A DNA stretch of 32,000 nucleotides from Candidatus Saccharimonadota bacterium (GCF_023585745.1 NZ_CP097762.1:630001-662000), one strand, 5' to 3'; shown: positions 22,431 through 31,539, counted from the first letter of the stretch. Notes: generated by a model from the letters alone, not told the origin. Numbers and translations: made by a program.

Positions 22431-23024
22431 ATGAATGAAATGATATCGGCTACAATTTTGTTATTTTTGATAATGGATCCTATAGGAAATTTGCCAATTT
22501 TTATGTCAATTTTAAAAGATTTAGATCCAAAAAGACGTCAAATTATTATCATAAGAGAAATGATAATTGCTTTATTATTAATGTTAGGATTTTTGTTTGT
22601 TGGAGAATATATTTTAAAATTTCTTAATTTGCATACGGAAACAGTTTCAATTTCTGGAGGTATTGTTTTATTTTTAATTGCTATAAGAATGTTATTTCCT
22701 TCAGATGAAGGAAATAACACTGGATGTTCTCCAGGTGAAGAACCGTTTTTAGTACCGCTCGCTATTCCTTTAGTTGCTGGTCCTTCGGTATTAGCAACAT
22801 TATTATTATTATCGCATCAATACCCACAAGAAATTAAATTATTAATTTTAGCATTGGTTGTAGCTTGGGGATTATCGATGCTAGTTTTAATGTTATCTAA
22901 TGTGTTATCTCAATTATTAGGGGTTAAAGGTATTAGCGCACTAGAGCGATTAATGGGATTGTTATTGGTTATGATTTCTACACAGATGTTATTAGATGGG
23001 GTACATAGTTATTTTAATTTATAA
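22431..23024 (+). CDS. yhgN: UPF0056 / MarC-family inner membrane protein
   Basis: MNEMISATILLFLIMDPIGNLPIFMSILK, ETVSISGGIVLFLIAI, GEEPFLVPLAIPLVAGPSVLATLLLLSHQYP and ALERLMGLLLVM match E. coli YhgN. Divergent from asd, as in E. coli. Confidence 0.88.
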   Translation: MNEMISATILLFLIMDPIGNLPIFMSILKDLDPKRRQIIIIREMIIALLLMLGFLFVGEYILKFLNLHTETVSISGGIVLFLIAIRMLFPSDEGNNTGCSPGEEPFLVPLAIPLVAGPSVLATLLLLSHQYPQEIKLLILALVVAWGLSMLVLMLSNVLSQLLGVKGISALERLMGLLLVMISTQMLLDGVHSYFNL

Positions 23025-23502
23025 AAATTAAAGAATTTATAGTATGTAATAATGTTATATTTTTATATAAAAATATTTGAATTTGTTAAAAATTGATAAT
23101 TGTATTATATACATACATATATAATAGTATGTAAAGTTGTATATTAGAATTGTGATAATTTATTAATTGTGGAAGAGTATTGTAAAACTAAAATTTCTTA
23201 ATAATATATTATTTATCTAATTACTTAGAGTGTTTATTTGTATAGATTATATAATAGGGTTAATAAATAATATTATATTAGATTATATTATTGAGAAATT
23301 TTGTATTTTATTAGGGTAATAGAAAAAAATTCAATAGATGACTTAGTTTTAAGTGTCATTAGTAGTTGTTTTAATATCATACGTAATAAATTAATTACTA
23401 AGGAATAATTTTTTGTTTTTAAGTGGATACAATAATTATTGATGGAATTAAGTGTATTCCATTAGAAAATTGAATTTTTAATTAACAAAGATTTAAATAA
23501 AA

Positions 23503-24312
23503 CTAAATTCTCAGATTGTATAGATATTGTAAGTAATATGAAACAGCTTCGTTATTATTATTACCAATTATTTCTAAAAATGGGAGTTTTTCTTTTAATC
23601 TTTGTTGAGCGTTTTCCATAATACATCCTTTTCCTGTCATTAAAAGCATTTCTTGATCATTCATACCATCTCCAAAAGAAATACAGTCTTTCATTTGATA
23701 CCCTAATAATTTAACTACCTTTTTTAAGGCATGTCCTTTAGAGATGCCTTGTGGCATAACTTCAAGGCAAGTTGGTAATGAGAAGCTAATATTAATACGA
23801 TGACCCCATAGTGTGTTAAGTTCTTTCTCTAAAGAAAGTAATTGCTGATAATTATGACTAGTAAAATATATTTTACAAATATTATCTAAAGATAACGTTT
23901 TTCTACAATAAATATGGAAATTAGTGGCATATAAATAATTATAAGAGGGTGTACCTGGTGATATTAATCGGTTGATTAACCATTTGTTTTTTTGAAATAC
24001 ATTAGTAATAATATTTGGATTATAATGTGCTATATTTAATAATGAAGACACAACTTTGGTGTCTAAATTATGTGAATCAATTAATTTCCCATCGGCATTA
24101 TGTATTCTGGCGCCGTTTGAAGTAATCATATATGAATTAATTTTTAAGTCATCACGTATTGGTATTACGTTTTTATGATGTCGACCAGTAGCAAAAATGA
24201 AATGGATATTGCGATGTGTTAACATTTTTATAATTTTTTTTGTAAATGGTTTTAATTGATGCGTTGAAGTTAGCAAGGTACCATCTAAATCGGATGCAAC
24301 AATATGAAACAT
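23503..24312 (-). CDS. yigL: Cof-type HAD-IIB phosphatase (YigL-like sugar/pyridoxal phosphate phosphatase)
   Basis: VASDLDGTLL (DxD nucleophile motif), FIFATGRHH, INSYMITSNGARIH, CLEVMPQGISKGHAL and FGDGMNDQEML match my recollection of E. coli YigL along the full length. Confidence 0.8.
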   Translation of the reverse strand: MFHIVASDLDGTLLTSTHQLKPFTKKIIKMLTHRNIHFIFATGRHHKNVIPIRDDLKINSYMITSNGARIHNADGKLIDSHNLDTKVVSSLLNIAHYNPNIITNVFQKNKWLINRLISPGTPSYNYLYATNFHIYCRKTLSLDNICKIYFTSHNYQQLLSLEKELNTLWGHRINISFSLPTCLEVMPQGISKGHALKKVVKLLGYQMKDCISFGDGMNDQEMLLMTGKGCIMENAQQRLKEKLPFLEIIGNNNNEAVSYYLQYLYNLRI

Positions 24313-24548
24313 GGTATGTGTTATCCTTATATAATTTTGTTAGTAAATATTTTTATTAAAATGTTTAGTTCTATTATAATAAGAGTGAATTCTAAAAAAA
24401 TTTATGTCAGATAGTATGCGCGCGTATCTTATTATATGAATATAAAATAACAGAATTGTTATTCTATATGAAATTATTTAATTGTGTAAGTCGCAAGAGT
24501 TTTGAATTTTAATAAGAATATTGTGAGTCTTTAGTGGGATTTAAAATA

Positions 24549-25493
24549 TTACAACCAGTTTTTATATTTAAAATAAACGTATGGAGCTACGCTAGACAGA
24601 ATCATTAGAATGACGGCGCCAGGATAACCAAAGGTCCATTGCAGTTCAGGCATAAATTCGAAATTCATTCCATAACTAGATGCTATTAACGTAGGAGGCA
24701 GGAATATTACTGAAAAAATTTTTATGATTTTATTTTGTTCAATATTAATAAATCCCATTACTGATTGGTTTAAAGCGTTGATTTGGTGAAATATATATTT
24801 GTTATGTGGTAATAGTGATTTAATGTTATCTAAAATATTATTAGCGTATTGTTGTTGTGTTTTAAGTAATTGCGCATTATTTATAATAAATTTTATTGCT
24901 CTTTCAGAATCTAATAAATTAATTTGTATTTTCCATCCTATATTTTCCAAATCAGATAAATCAGATAATGTATGTTCGTATTCGTCAATTTTTTTTTTGT
25001 TTATAATAGTGATACTTAGTTGTTCCAAAATTTTATAAATATGTTCTATTTTATTTGTTAGATCTTCAATTTTTGATTCAAATAAACTTAATAGTAGTTC
25101 ATAGGCATTTTCATTAATTAGCTTATGAGTATTTAAATATTTTTGATGTATGCAGAATACTGGACATTCTTCTTGACGTGAAGTAAATAAACATCTATCA
25201 AAAATAGTAAAAGATACAGTAGTATTATTTATTTTTTTTTGATTATTATATGAAAAAAAGAAAGATTGCATATACAAGATGTTTTCATCTTTTAAAAATC
25301 GTTTAGTTTTATTAAAATTTTTTGGCGTAAAAAATTTTAATTTTTGTTGTAAAGTTATATTTTTAATAATTTTATGTACGGCATCGCTTGAATCTATTAT
25401 ATCAACCCAAGTTATTTTTTTTAAAAATGATATGTTTTCTTTTTCGTTAATACGAAATAAATGATTATTTTTTAATTGAAATATGTTAAACAT
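24549..25493 (-). CDS. corA: Magnesium/cobalt transport protein CorA
   Basis: 314 aa. NAYELLLSLFESKIEDL, GFINIEQNKIIKIFSV and a C-terminus of PPTLIASSYGMNFEFMPEL...YFKYKNWL (GMN motif, two C-terminal TM segments) match E. coli CorA. Confidence 0.97.
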   Translation of the reverse strand: MFNIFQLKNNHLFRINEKENISFLKKITWVDIIDSSDAVHKIIKNITLQQKLKFFTPKNFNKTKRFLKDENILYMQSFFFSYNNQKKINNTTVSFTIFDRCLFTSRQEECPVFCIHQKYLNTHKLINENAYELLLSLFESKIEDLTNKIEHIYKILEQLSITIINKKKIDEYEHTLSDLSDLENIGWKIQINLLDSERAIKFIINNAQLLKTQQQYANNILDNIKSLLPHNKYIFHQINALNQSVMGFINIEQNKIIKIFSVIFLPPTLIASSYGMNFEFMPELQWTFGYPGAVILMILSSVAPYVYFKYKNWL

Positions 25494-25837
25494 ATATCAT
25501 TCTGTCCTCAACAGATAAAAGAATATATTTAATTATAGTAATTGTGATTAATACTAATTTAATGTTATGTATAGTGTGATATAAAATATTTATATAAAGA
25601 ATAGTTGCATAAAAATTGTTTTTGATAAACAAATAATTTATAATAGTACATATAGTTACTATACATGTTTATTTTGAGATTTTTCAAAATTATTGATAGT
25701 AATGCATGTGTTTTGTCAGTCTTCTTACTAAGATATTTAATATGACTGTGTTAATTAATAAGATTAATGAGTAGTATGTTATGCTTAGAATTAAAAATTT
25801 GTCAAATATTTCTTAATGTTTGTATATATTTATATTT

Positions 25838-25864
25838 AATATCCAAATATTGCATTTGGATATT
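25838..25864. repeat. Perfect 11-bp inverted repeat with 5-nt loop (aatatccaaat / attgc / atttggatatt)
   Basis: Read directly. It lies in the corA-yigB gene-free spacer. No U-tract follows on either strand. Confidence 0.85.
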
Positions 25865-26566
25865 GTGTTATGATAATTATCAAGATAATTGATTTATTTA
25901 TTATTTAAAATAATGCAGATATATTTTTGTCTAATATGTTTTCATAAAATTTTCTCGTATTTTTAAAATTTTTTAGATATTTATTTAAATACATAAAGTT
26001 TTTGTATTTTACAAGGAAAAAATTTTTTTGAAAAATACATTATTCATTTATATTATAAATATAATATATTGATTATTTTGCTGTATTCCAGATAATGAAT
26101 ATTAATGCATAATATTATGACAATTTTTTAGTTTTTAAAATATTAAAAATATTTAAATAATTTTAACTATTTTATATAAGTTGTATTAATTTCAATATTT
26201 TATATTTTCATTTTATTTTTTAATATAAATTTTTTGTTTTTATCTTGGAATAATAAAGAAATTATTTTAATGAGGCATTAATTATCTTTAAGTATATAAT
26301 ATTTTATATATATATATTTTTTGTATAAATGATTAAATGTGTCATTTAACAAATTGTATACATTTATTTATATGATATAGTTTAATATATTCTATGTTAT
26401 GATACAAACTTATTGTTAAGTATAATAAATAGTACAATAATTTAAGTTATTTTATTTAGTAATTTTATGTGTTTAGTATAGATTAGTTGCATTTGGTTAG
26501 CTAACCATTTCCGAATTATTCCCAGTGAATTTCGTTTAGTAGAGTTACCCAATTATTAATTTTGGG

Positions 26567-27289
26567 TTATAGGAATTTCGTTAACGAGACTAATGTTGAG
26601 ATTTTGAAATTTGGTAAGAATTTTTTATTTATTGTGACGTAATCATTTATATAGTGATTATATCTATTAATCCAGCAAGATTGCATACCAGCAAATATTG
26701 CGCCTTTTATATCTGTATTTAAATCATCTCCAACGTGTAAAATATTTTTACAAGGTAGACCTAGTCGTTTTGATGCTAATTGATACATATCTGTGTGCGG
26801 TTTAGCTCGTCCATCTACTCCTGCGCGTAATATATCGTAAAAATATTTGTGTAATCCACAAGAATTAGGGTTTGCATTACCATTAGTTATTGCAATTAAT
26901 GGCCATTTAGAGCTTAAAGCCGATAATATATTATGTGTTTTAAAAGAAATATTAATTTTATTTCTCCAGTATATAACAATATCTGTAGCAGAATCAGCAG
27001 CTGATTCTGCTAAATTCTTAGTAAGACCAGCATTGAGTAAAGTTATTCTTAAAGATTCCCAACGTAAATAATTTGCGTTATGGGGAATGTTAGGTGATAC
27101 TATTTTTAGTAGTGTGCGCGTGCGATTATAATCTTTTTGTTGTAGTGTTAATAATGCTGGATGATATTTTTGCAAAAATGATATTGATTCCGATTCAGCC
27201 TGATTAATTATTGGATGATTATTGTATAGAGTATTATCTAGATCTAGCGTTATAGCTCGGAATGGTTGCAATATACGATAAAAATGCAT
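26567..27289 (-). CDS. yigB: HAD-superfamily phosphatase YigB (5-amino-6-(5-phospho-D-ribitylamino)uracil phosphatase-type)
   Basis: MHFYRILQPFRAITLDLDNTLYNN, KWPLIAITNGNA, KPHTDMY and ILHVGDDLNTDIKGAIFAGMQSCW match E. coli YigB. Its position between corA and dapF fits the E. coli map. Confidence 0.85.
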   Translation of the reverse strand: MHFYRILQPFRAITLDLDNTLYNNHPIINQAESESISFLQKYHPALLTLQQKDYNRTRTLLKIVSPNIPHNANYLRWESLRITLLNAGLTKNLAESAADSATDIVIYWRNKINISFKTHNILSALSSKWPLIAITNGNANPNSCGLHKYFYDILRAGVDGRAKPHTDMYQLASKRLGLPCKNILHVGDDLNTDIKGAIFAGMQSCWINRYNHYINDYVTINKKFLPNFKISTLVSLTKFL

Positions 27290-27466
27290 ACATTATACCT
27301 GTTCTATTAATTAATAAAGTATGTCATACTATTATGATTTATATCAGTACTCAATGTTATGTTAGAATCCATTGCATAGCACGATGTTGAGTTAATAAGT
27401 TGTTGTAAATGACATTGTGTTATGTGTTTATTATAGAATATATATAATTATTTATAATAGGTTTTT

Positions 27467-28297
27467 TTATTTTAAAACCGGTAAATATCCATCATAAACG
27501 TAGGATGTTGCTCCTGTCATGTATAATGGATGGCCTGCGCCTTTCCATGTTATTAATAAATGTCCCGAAAAAAAATTAACTTTTACTGTTTCGCATAATA
27601 TTTTTTGTTTAATACCTACAGCAACTGCTGCGCATGCTGCAGTTCCACATGCTTGTGTTTCCCCTACACCTCGTTCATAAACTCGTAATTTTATATTATT
27701 TTTATTTATAATTTGCATAAAACTTATATTTATTTTTTTTGGAAAGCAATGGTGATGTTCTAATATGGAACCTAATGAATTTAGTTTAGTAAAATTAATG
27801 TCTTTAACTAAGATAATACAATGAGGATTACCTATAGACACTACTCCGCACAGTATTATATCCTGTGGCAGGAATAAAATATAATTTTTTTGGTAATTTA
27901 ATACATTAAATGGAATAAGTTTTGGGTCAAAAATTGGTAATCCCATATTGGCAGATATATTAGTATCGTCTACTTTAGAGAGAGTAATGTTGGTGGATCG
28001 TGTACTAATACGTATACACTGTTTATCAGTTAATTTTTTCATATAAACGAATCGTGCTACGCAACGTATTCCATTTCCACATTGATCCACTTCTGTTCCG
28101 TCTGCATTATAAATGCGACAATGGAAATCTATTTTAGGGTTGTGAGCTGATTCTATTATTAATAATTGATCGAATCCAATTCCATAATATCTATTAGATA
28201 AATATTGTATTTTTTTAGAAGTAAAATTTATATTTTGAGATATTGAGTCAATAATGATAAAATCATTACCTAACCCATGCATTTTTGAAAAGTGCAT
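27467..28297 (-). CDS. dapF: Diaminopimelate epimerase
   Basis: FSKMHGLGNDFIIID, DQCGNGIRCVARF and GETQACGTAACAAVAVG (both catalytic Cys motifs) and HPLYMTGATSYVYDG match E. coli DapF. GAGGAA SD upstream. Confidence 0.98.
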   Translation of the reverse strand: MHFSKMHGLGNDFIIIDSISQNINFTSKKIQYLSNRYYGIGFDQLLIIESAHNPKIDFHCRIYNADGTEVDQCGNGIRCVARFVYMKKLTDKQCIRISTRSTNITLSKVDDTNISANMGLPIFDPKLIPFNVLNYQKNYILFLPQDIILCGVVSIGNPHCIILVKDINFTKLNSLGSILEHHHCFPKKINISFMQIINKNNIKLRVYERGVGETQACGTAACAAVAVGIKQKILCETVKVNFFSGHLLITWKGAGHPLYMTGATSYVYDGYLPVLK

Positions 28298-28945
28298 ATA
28301 TTCCTCATATTATTACATAATAGTGTTTATATTATATGAGAGATTATTTTATAAAAGTAAAACGTGAATTATATCATAATTAGTATTATTTTGTGTTAAA
28401 TAATTTTTATTAAATTATCGTGATTAAAGAATTGCTTATTTTATATTGATAAAAAATTATTTATTTATTTAATGTGAAATATTTGTTTCAATAAATTTTA
28501 CTTAAATAAAGTAAATTAATTCTTGAAGATATGCTTTAAAGATAAATGTATTAGAATTTATATGTGTTATTTATATAAATAAATTTTATAACAAAATAAG
28601 GTTTAAGAATCAATAAGATTTTAAAAATATTAATACTAATTTAGATATTGAATAATATTATCATATTAATGATATTTAACATGTTTTTTATTTTTAATTA
28701 TTATCATTTTGATATATAAATGTTTGAGAATTTTAATAATTCAAATTGTATATAAATACTGTTTTTGATTTGGAAAGAGTATATTTTTAATATATAACAT
28801 ATTTTTAAATAAAAATATTTTTATATCCTTATAATTTAATCAATGTCATCATTAATAGTTATTAATTTATTTTATTTACAATAAATATTATTATTTTTAT
28901 AAAGTTATACAATTTATGTAATATGATTAGATATTAATTATAGTT

Positions 28946-29863
28946 ATGAATAATAAAGTTTTAAGAATTGCTACAAGAAAAAGCCGCCTTGCTATGTGTC
29001 AAGCAAAATATGTTTGTGATGAATTAAAACGGTATCATCCATCTATTAAATTAGAGCTGGTACCGGTTGTGACAACAGGCGATAAATATTCGTTTTATTC
29101 TATGAAAAATAATATCAAAAAAGGAGCCTTTATTAAGGAATTAGAATATGCTTTAATAGATTCGCGAGCTGATATTGCTGTTCATTCTATGAAAGATATG
29201 ACAGCATCTTTACCAAAAGGGTTAATATTACCAATTTTGTGTAAACGTCATGATCCACGTGATGCATTTGTTAGTTTGAAATATTCAAATATATATGAAT
29301 TACCTGCTGGTGGCATTGTAGGTACATCTAGTATACGTAGGCAGTGTCAGATTTTAGCGCAGCGCCCAGATTTAATATTAAGTAATTTGCGAGGTAATGT
29401 AGACACTAGATTAAACAAGTTACGATATGAACATCAGTATGATGCAATAATTTTAGCTGTAGCTGGTTTGGAACGATTAAATCTTAGTAAATATATTCGT
29501 GTTTATATTGATCCAACTGATGTATTACCAGCTATGGGTCAAGGGGCTATAGCTATAGAGTGTCGTGCTACTGATTTTGATACATTGTCATTATTGTTAC
29601 CTTTAAATCATAAAGATACTGCATTATGTATTACCGCAGAGCGTGCTGTTACAACTTATTTAGGGAGTTATTGTCAATTTCCTGTTGCTAGTTATGCTGA
29701 GATTATAAAAGATCAGATATGGTTGAGAGCGCTTATTGGGCTGCCGGACGGTAGCAAAATTACACGTGTTGAGGGTCGGGCGCCTATAGAACAAGCAGAA
29801 AATTTAGGGATAATTTTAGCAAAAAATTTGTTATTTCGTTTTCGAAATGACGTATTCCTTTAA
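28946..29863 (+). CDS. hemC: Porphobilinogen deaminase (hydroxymethylbilane synthase)
   Basis: VLRIATRKSRLAMCQA, RADIAVHSMKDM, GTSSIRRQCQ, DAIILAVAGLERL and LPAMGQGAIAIECR match E. coli HemC. The cofactor-binding Cys context (GSYCQFPVA) is present. Confidence 0.97.
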   Translation: MNNKVLRIATRKSRLAMCQAKYVCDELKRYHPSIKLELVPVVTTGDKYSFYSMKNNIKKGAFIKELEYALIDSRADIAVHSMKDMTASLPKGLILPILCKRHDPRDAFVSLKYSNIYELPAGGIVGTSSIRRQCQILAQRPDLILSNLRGNVDTRLNKLRYEHQYDAIILAVAGLERLNLSKYIRVYIDPTDVLPAMGQGAIAIECRATDFDTLSLLLPLNHKDTALCITAERAVTTYLGSYCQFPVASYAEIIKDQIWLRALIGLPDGSKITRVEGRAPIEQAENLGIILAKNLLFRFRNDVFL

Positions 29864-29895
29864 TAAAAGGAAATTATTAAATTGTAAATAAATTT

Positions 29896-30645
29896 ATGAC
29901 TATTTTAGTGACGCGTCCATCTCCTTATGGAGAAAAATTGGTTAGTAAATTACTTTCTTTTGGTAAGAAAGCATTTCATTTACCATTAATTTATTTTTCT
30001 ACTGGAAAAACTTTATATTTATTAGAAAAACAATTAAATTTATTGTCTAAAGGAGATTTGTTATTAATAACATCACAGCAAGCTATTAATTATGCTCATC
30101 GTCGATTAATTGATATTAGAAAATCTTGGCCTATTGGATTAATATATTGCGCAATTGGTAGGTCAACCAGTAAAAAAATGCATAATTTGTCAGGAATATT
30201 AGCGAAATATCCTATAGACGAAGAAACTAGTGAATGTTTGTTGCAATCGCCTGAATTAATGCATATTAATGGCAAGCGTGTTTTGATTTTACGAGGTAAT
30301 AATGGTCGTACTATTTTAGATGATGTTTTAAGACAAAGAGGCGCAATGGTTTTATCTTGTGAATGTTATAGCAGGAACTTATTAAAGTATGATGGGTTGG
30401 AACAGTGTCTCAATTTATTAAGATTAAATATTGAAATATTAGTTATTACGTCTGGGGTAGTATTGGAGCAATTATATTATTTGATTCCTAAGTTTTATCG
30501 AATAGGTTGGTTAATACGGTGCAAATTAGTGGTAGTAAGTATGCGTTTAGCAAGTGTAGCACGAAATTTAGGGTGGACGGATATTATTATCGCAAAATCT
30601 GCGGATAATAATTCTTTAATTCAAGTTTTGGTTGAAGAATTGTAA
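29896..30645 (+). CDS. hemD: Uroporphyrinogen-III synthase
   Basis: MTILVTRPSPYGEKLVSKL, NGKRVLILRGNNGR, CECY and LVVVSMRLASVARNLGW are collinear with E. coli HemD. It directly follows hemC. Confidence 0.94.
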   Translation: MTILVTRPSPYGEKLVSKLLSFGKKAFHLPLIYFSTGKTLYLLEKQLNLLSKGDLLLITSQQAINYAHRRLIDIRKSWPIGLIYCAIGRSTSKKMHNLSGILAKYPIDEETSECLLQSPELMHINGKRVLILRGNNGRTILDDVLRQRGAMVLSCECYSRNLLKYDGLEQCLNLLRLNIEILVITSGVVLEQLYYLIPKFYRIGWLIRCKLVVVSMRLASVARNLGWTDIIIAKSADNNSLIQVLVEEL

Positions 30646-30725
30646 AATATTAAAAATGTAATTTATTAATTTATATATAACTAGAGGTGGATATATATGA
30701 AAGTTTGGAATGAATACATACGTTT

Positions 30726-30799
30726 TCGGCGAGAGAGGATTTGAACCTCCGACCTCCTGGTCCCAAACCAGGAGCGCTACCAAACTGCGCTACTCGCCG
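30726..30799 (-). tRNA. proM: tRNA-Pro (anticodon UGG); no encoded 3' CCA
   Basis: The reverse complement is CGGCGAGTAGCGCAGTTTGGTAGCGCTCCTGGTTTGGGACCAGGAGGTCGGAGGTTCAAATCCTCTCTCGCCGA. It folds as a cloverleaf and is near-identical to E. coli proM. AAA follows the discriminator base. Confidence 0.97.
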
Positions 30800-30934
30800 A
30801 GTTATTATATATGGTGTATATATATACAAATTTTTAATTACTTTGATATTTTAAAAGAAAAAATAATTTCTAAATATCTTATCGTGAGATAAGTAGCATA
30901 CATATACTTTGCATCATATCTTAATGTAATATTT

Positions 30935-31023
30935 TGCGAAGGGAGAGGGTTGAACTCTCATATCTTGTGTAAAGATCCTAACTCCTGAAGCTAGTGCGTT
31001 TACCATAATTTCGCCACCTTCGC
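30935..31023 (-). tRNA. leuT: tRNA-Leu (anticodon CAG), class II with long variable arm; no encoded CCA
   Basis: The reverse complement is GCGAAGGTGGCGAAATTATGGTAAACGCACTAGCTTCAGGAGTTAGGATCTTTACACAAGATATGAGAGTTCAACCCTCTCCCTTCGCA. The acceptor, anticodon (CTAGC/TTCAGGA/GTTAG) and T arms are intact. AAA follows the discriminator. Confidence 0.95.
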
Positions 31024-31084
31024 ATTTTATATATTTATTAGTTCTTTATATTTATATAGATAGTGATAATAATATAATTAACTG

Positions 31085-31158
31085 GGTGATTGATGGGACT
31101 CGAACCCATGACGACTGGAACCACAATCCAGAGCTCTACCATCTGAGCTACAATCACC
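31085..31158 (-). tRNA. hisR: tRNA-His (anticodon GUG) with encoded G-1; no encoded CCA
   Basis: The reverse complement is GGTGATTGTAGCTCAGATGGTAGAGCTCTGGATTGTGGTTCCAGTCGTCATGGGTTCGAGTCCCATCAATCACCC. The extra 5' G pairs with C73, as in bacterial tRNA-His. CAG follows C73. Confidence 0.96.
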
Positions 31159-31253
31159 GTAATTTTAATATTAGCATATATATTATATCAGTTTTGTTTT
31201 ATATATGTATTGTATATTATGCATAGTGTTTTATAGAAATTTGAAAAATCAAA

Positions 31254-31327
31254 TGCGTCCGACAGGATTTGAACCTGAAACCTTTGCCTCCGGAGGGCAA
31301 AGCTCTATCCTATTGAGCTACGGACGC
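31254..31327 (-). tRNA. argX: tRNA-Arg (anticodon CCG); no encoded CCA
   Basis: The reverse complement is GCGTCCGTAGCTCAATAGGATAGAGCTTTGCCCTCCGGAGGCAAAGGTTTCAGGTTCAAATCCTGTCGGACGCA, close to E. coli argX. TTT follows the discriminator. Confidence 0.96.
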
Positions 31328-31371
31328 GGTTAATAATTAAATATGTTATTTAAATTAATCTAAAGTACAAG

Positions 31372-31398
31372 TGTAATTGTAATAATATTACAATTACA
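31372..31398. repeat. Perfect 12-bp inverted repeat with 3-nt loop (tgtaattgtaat / aat / attacaattaca), 45-70 nt upstream of the tRNA-Arg 5' end
   Basis: Read directly. It sits where the tRNA-operon promoter or leader is expected, so it could be an operator, a processing hairpin or part of the rho terminator region. Confidence 0.85.
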
Positions 31399-31506
31399 TA
31401 AAACATAATTAATATCTTTAATATTAGAACAGTATTCTATAAATATAGAATTAAAAGTATATAATATTTTCGCTATTTTAAAATTTAATTAAGGCAACAA
31501 AATAGT

Positions 31507-31539
31507 ATAAACCAATAATATTCATTGTTATTGGTTTAT
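31507..31539 (-). terminator. Candidate intrinsic terminator downstream of rho (12-bp perfect stem, 9-nt loop, then ACUAUUUUGUU on the minus strand)
   Basis: ataaaccaataa / tattcattg / ttattggtttat, read directly. It lies about 140 nt after the rho stop. The stem is AT-rich with 2 G:C pairs, so stability is modest. Confidence 0.4.

Noticed and set aside
24417-24425. Isolated alternating G/C run tgcgcgcgt in the yigL-corA spacer.
   Set aside because: It is striking against the AT background, but it is only 9 nt and cannot form a hairpin with a loop. It has no partner motif, so it is probably a relic or chance.
26305-26316. (TA)6 microsatellite and other low-complexity A/T runs in the spacers.
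   Set aside because: Expected in DNA below 20% G+C. It is too short to indicate a functional repeat or a contingency locus outside a gene.
30710-30892. 60-aa + strand ORF (MNTYVFGERGFEPPTSW...).
   Set aside because: It reads straight across the antisense of tRNA-Pro (30726-30799). The conserved-looking GFEPPT is just the translated T-arm.
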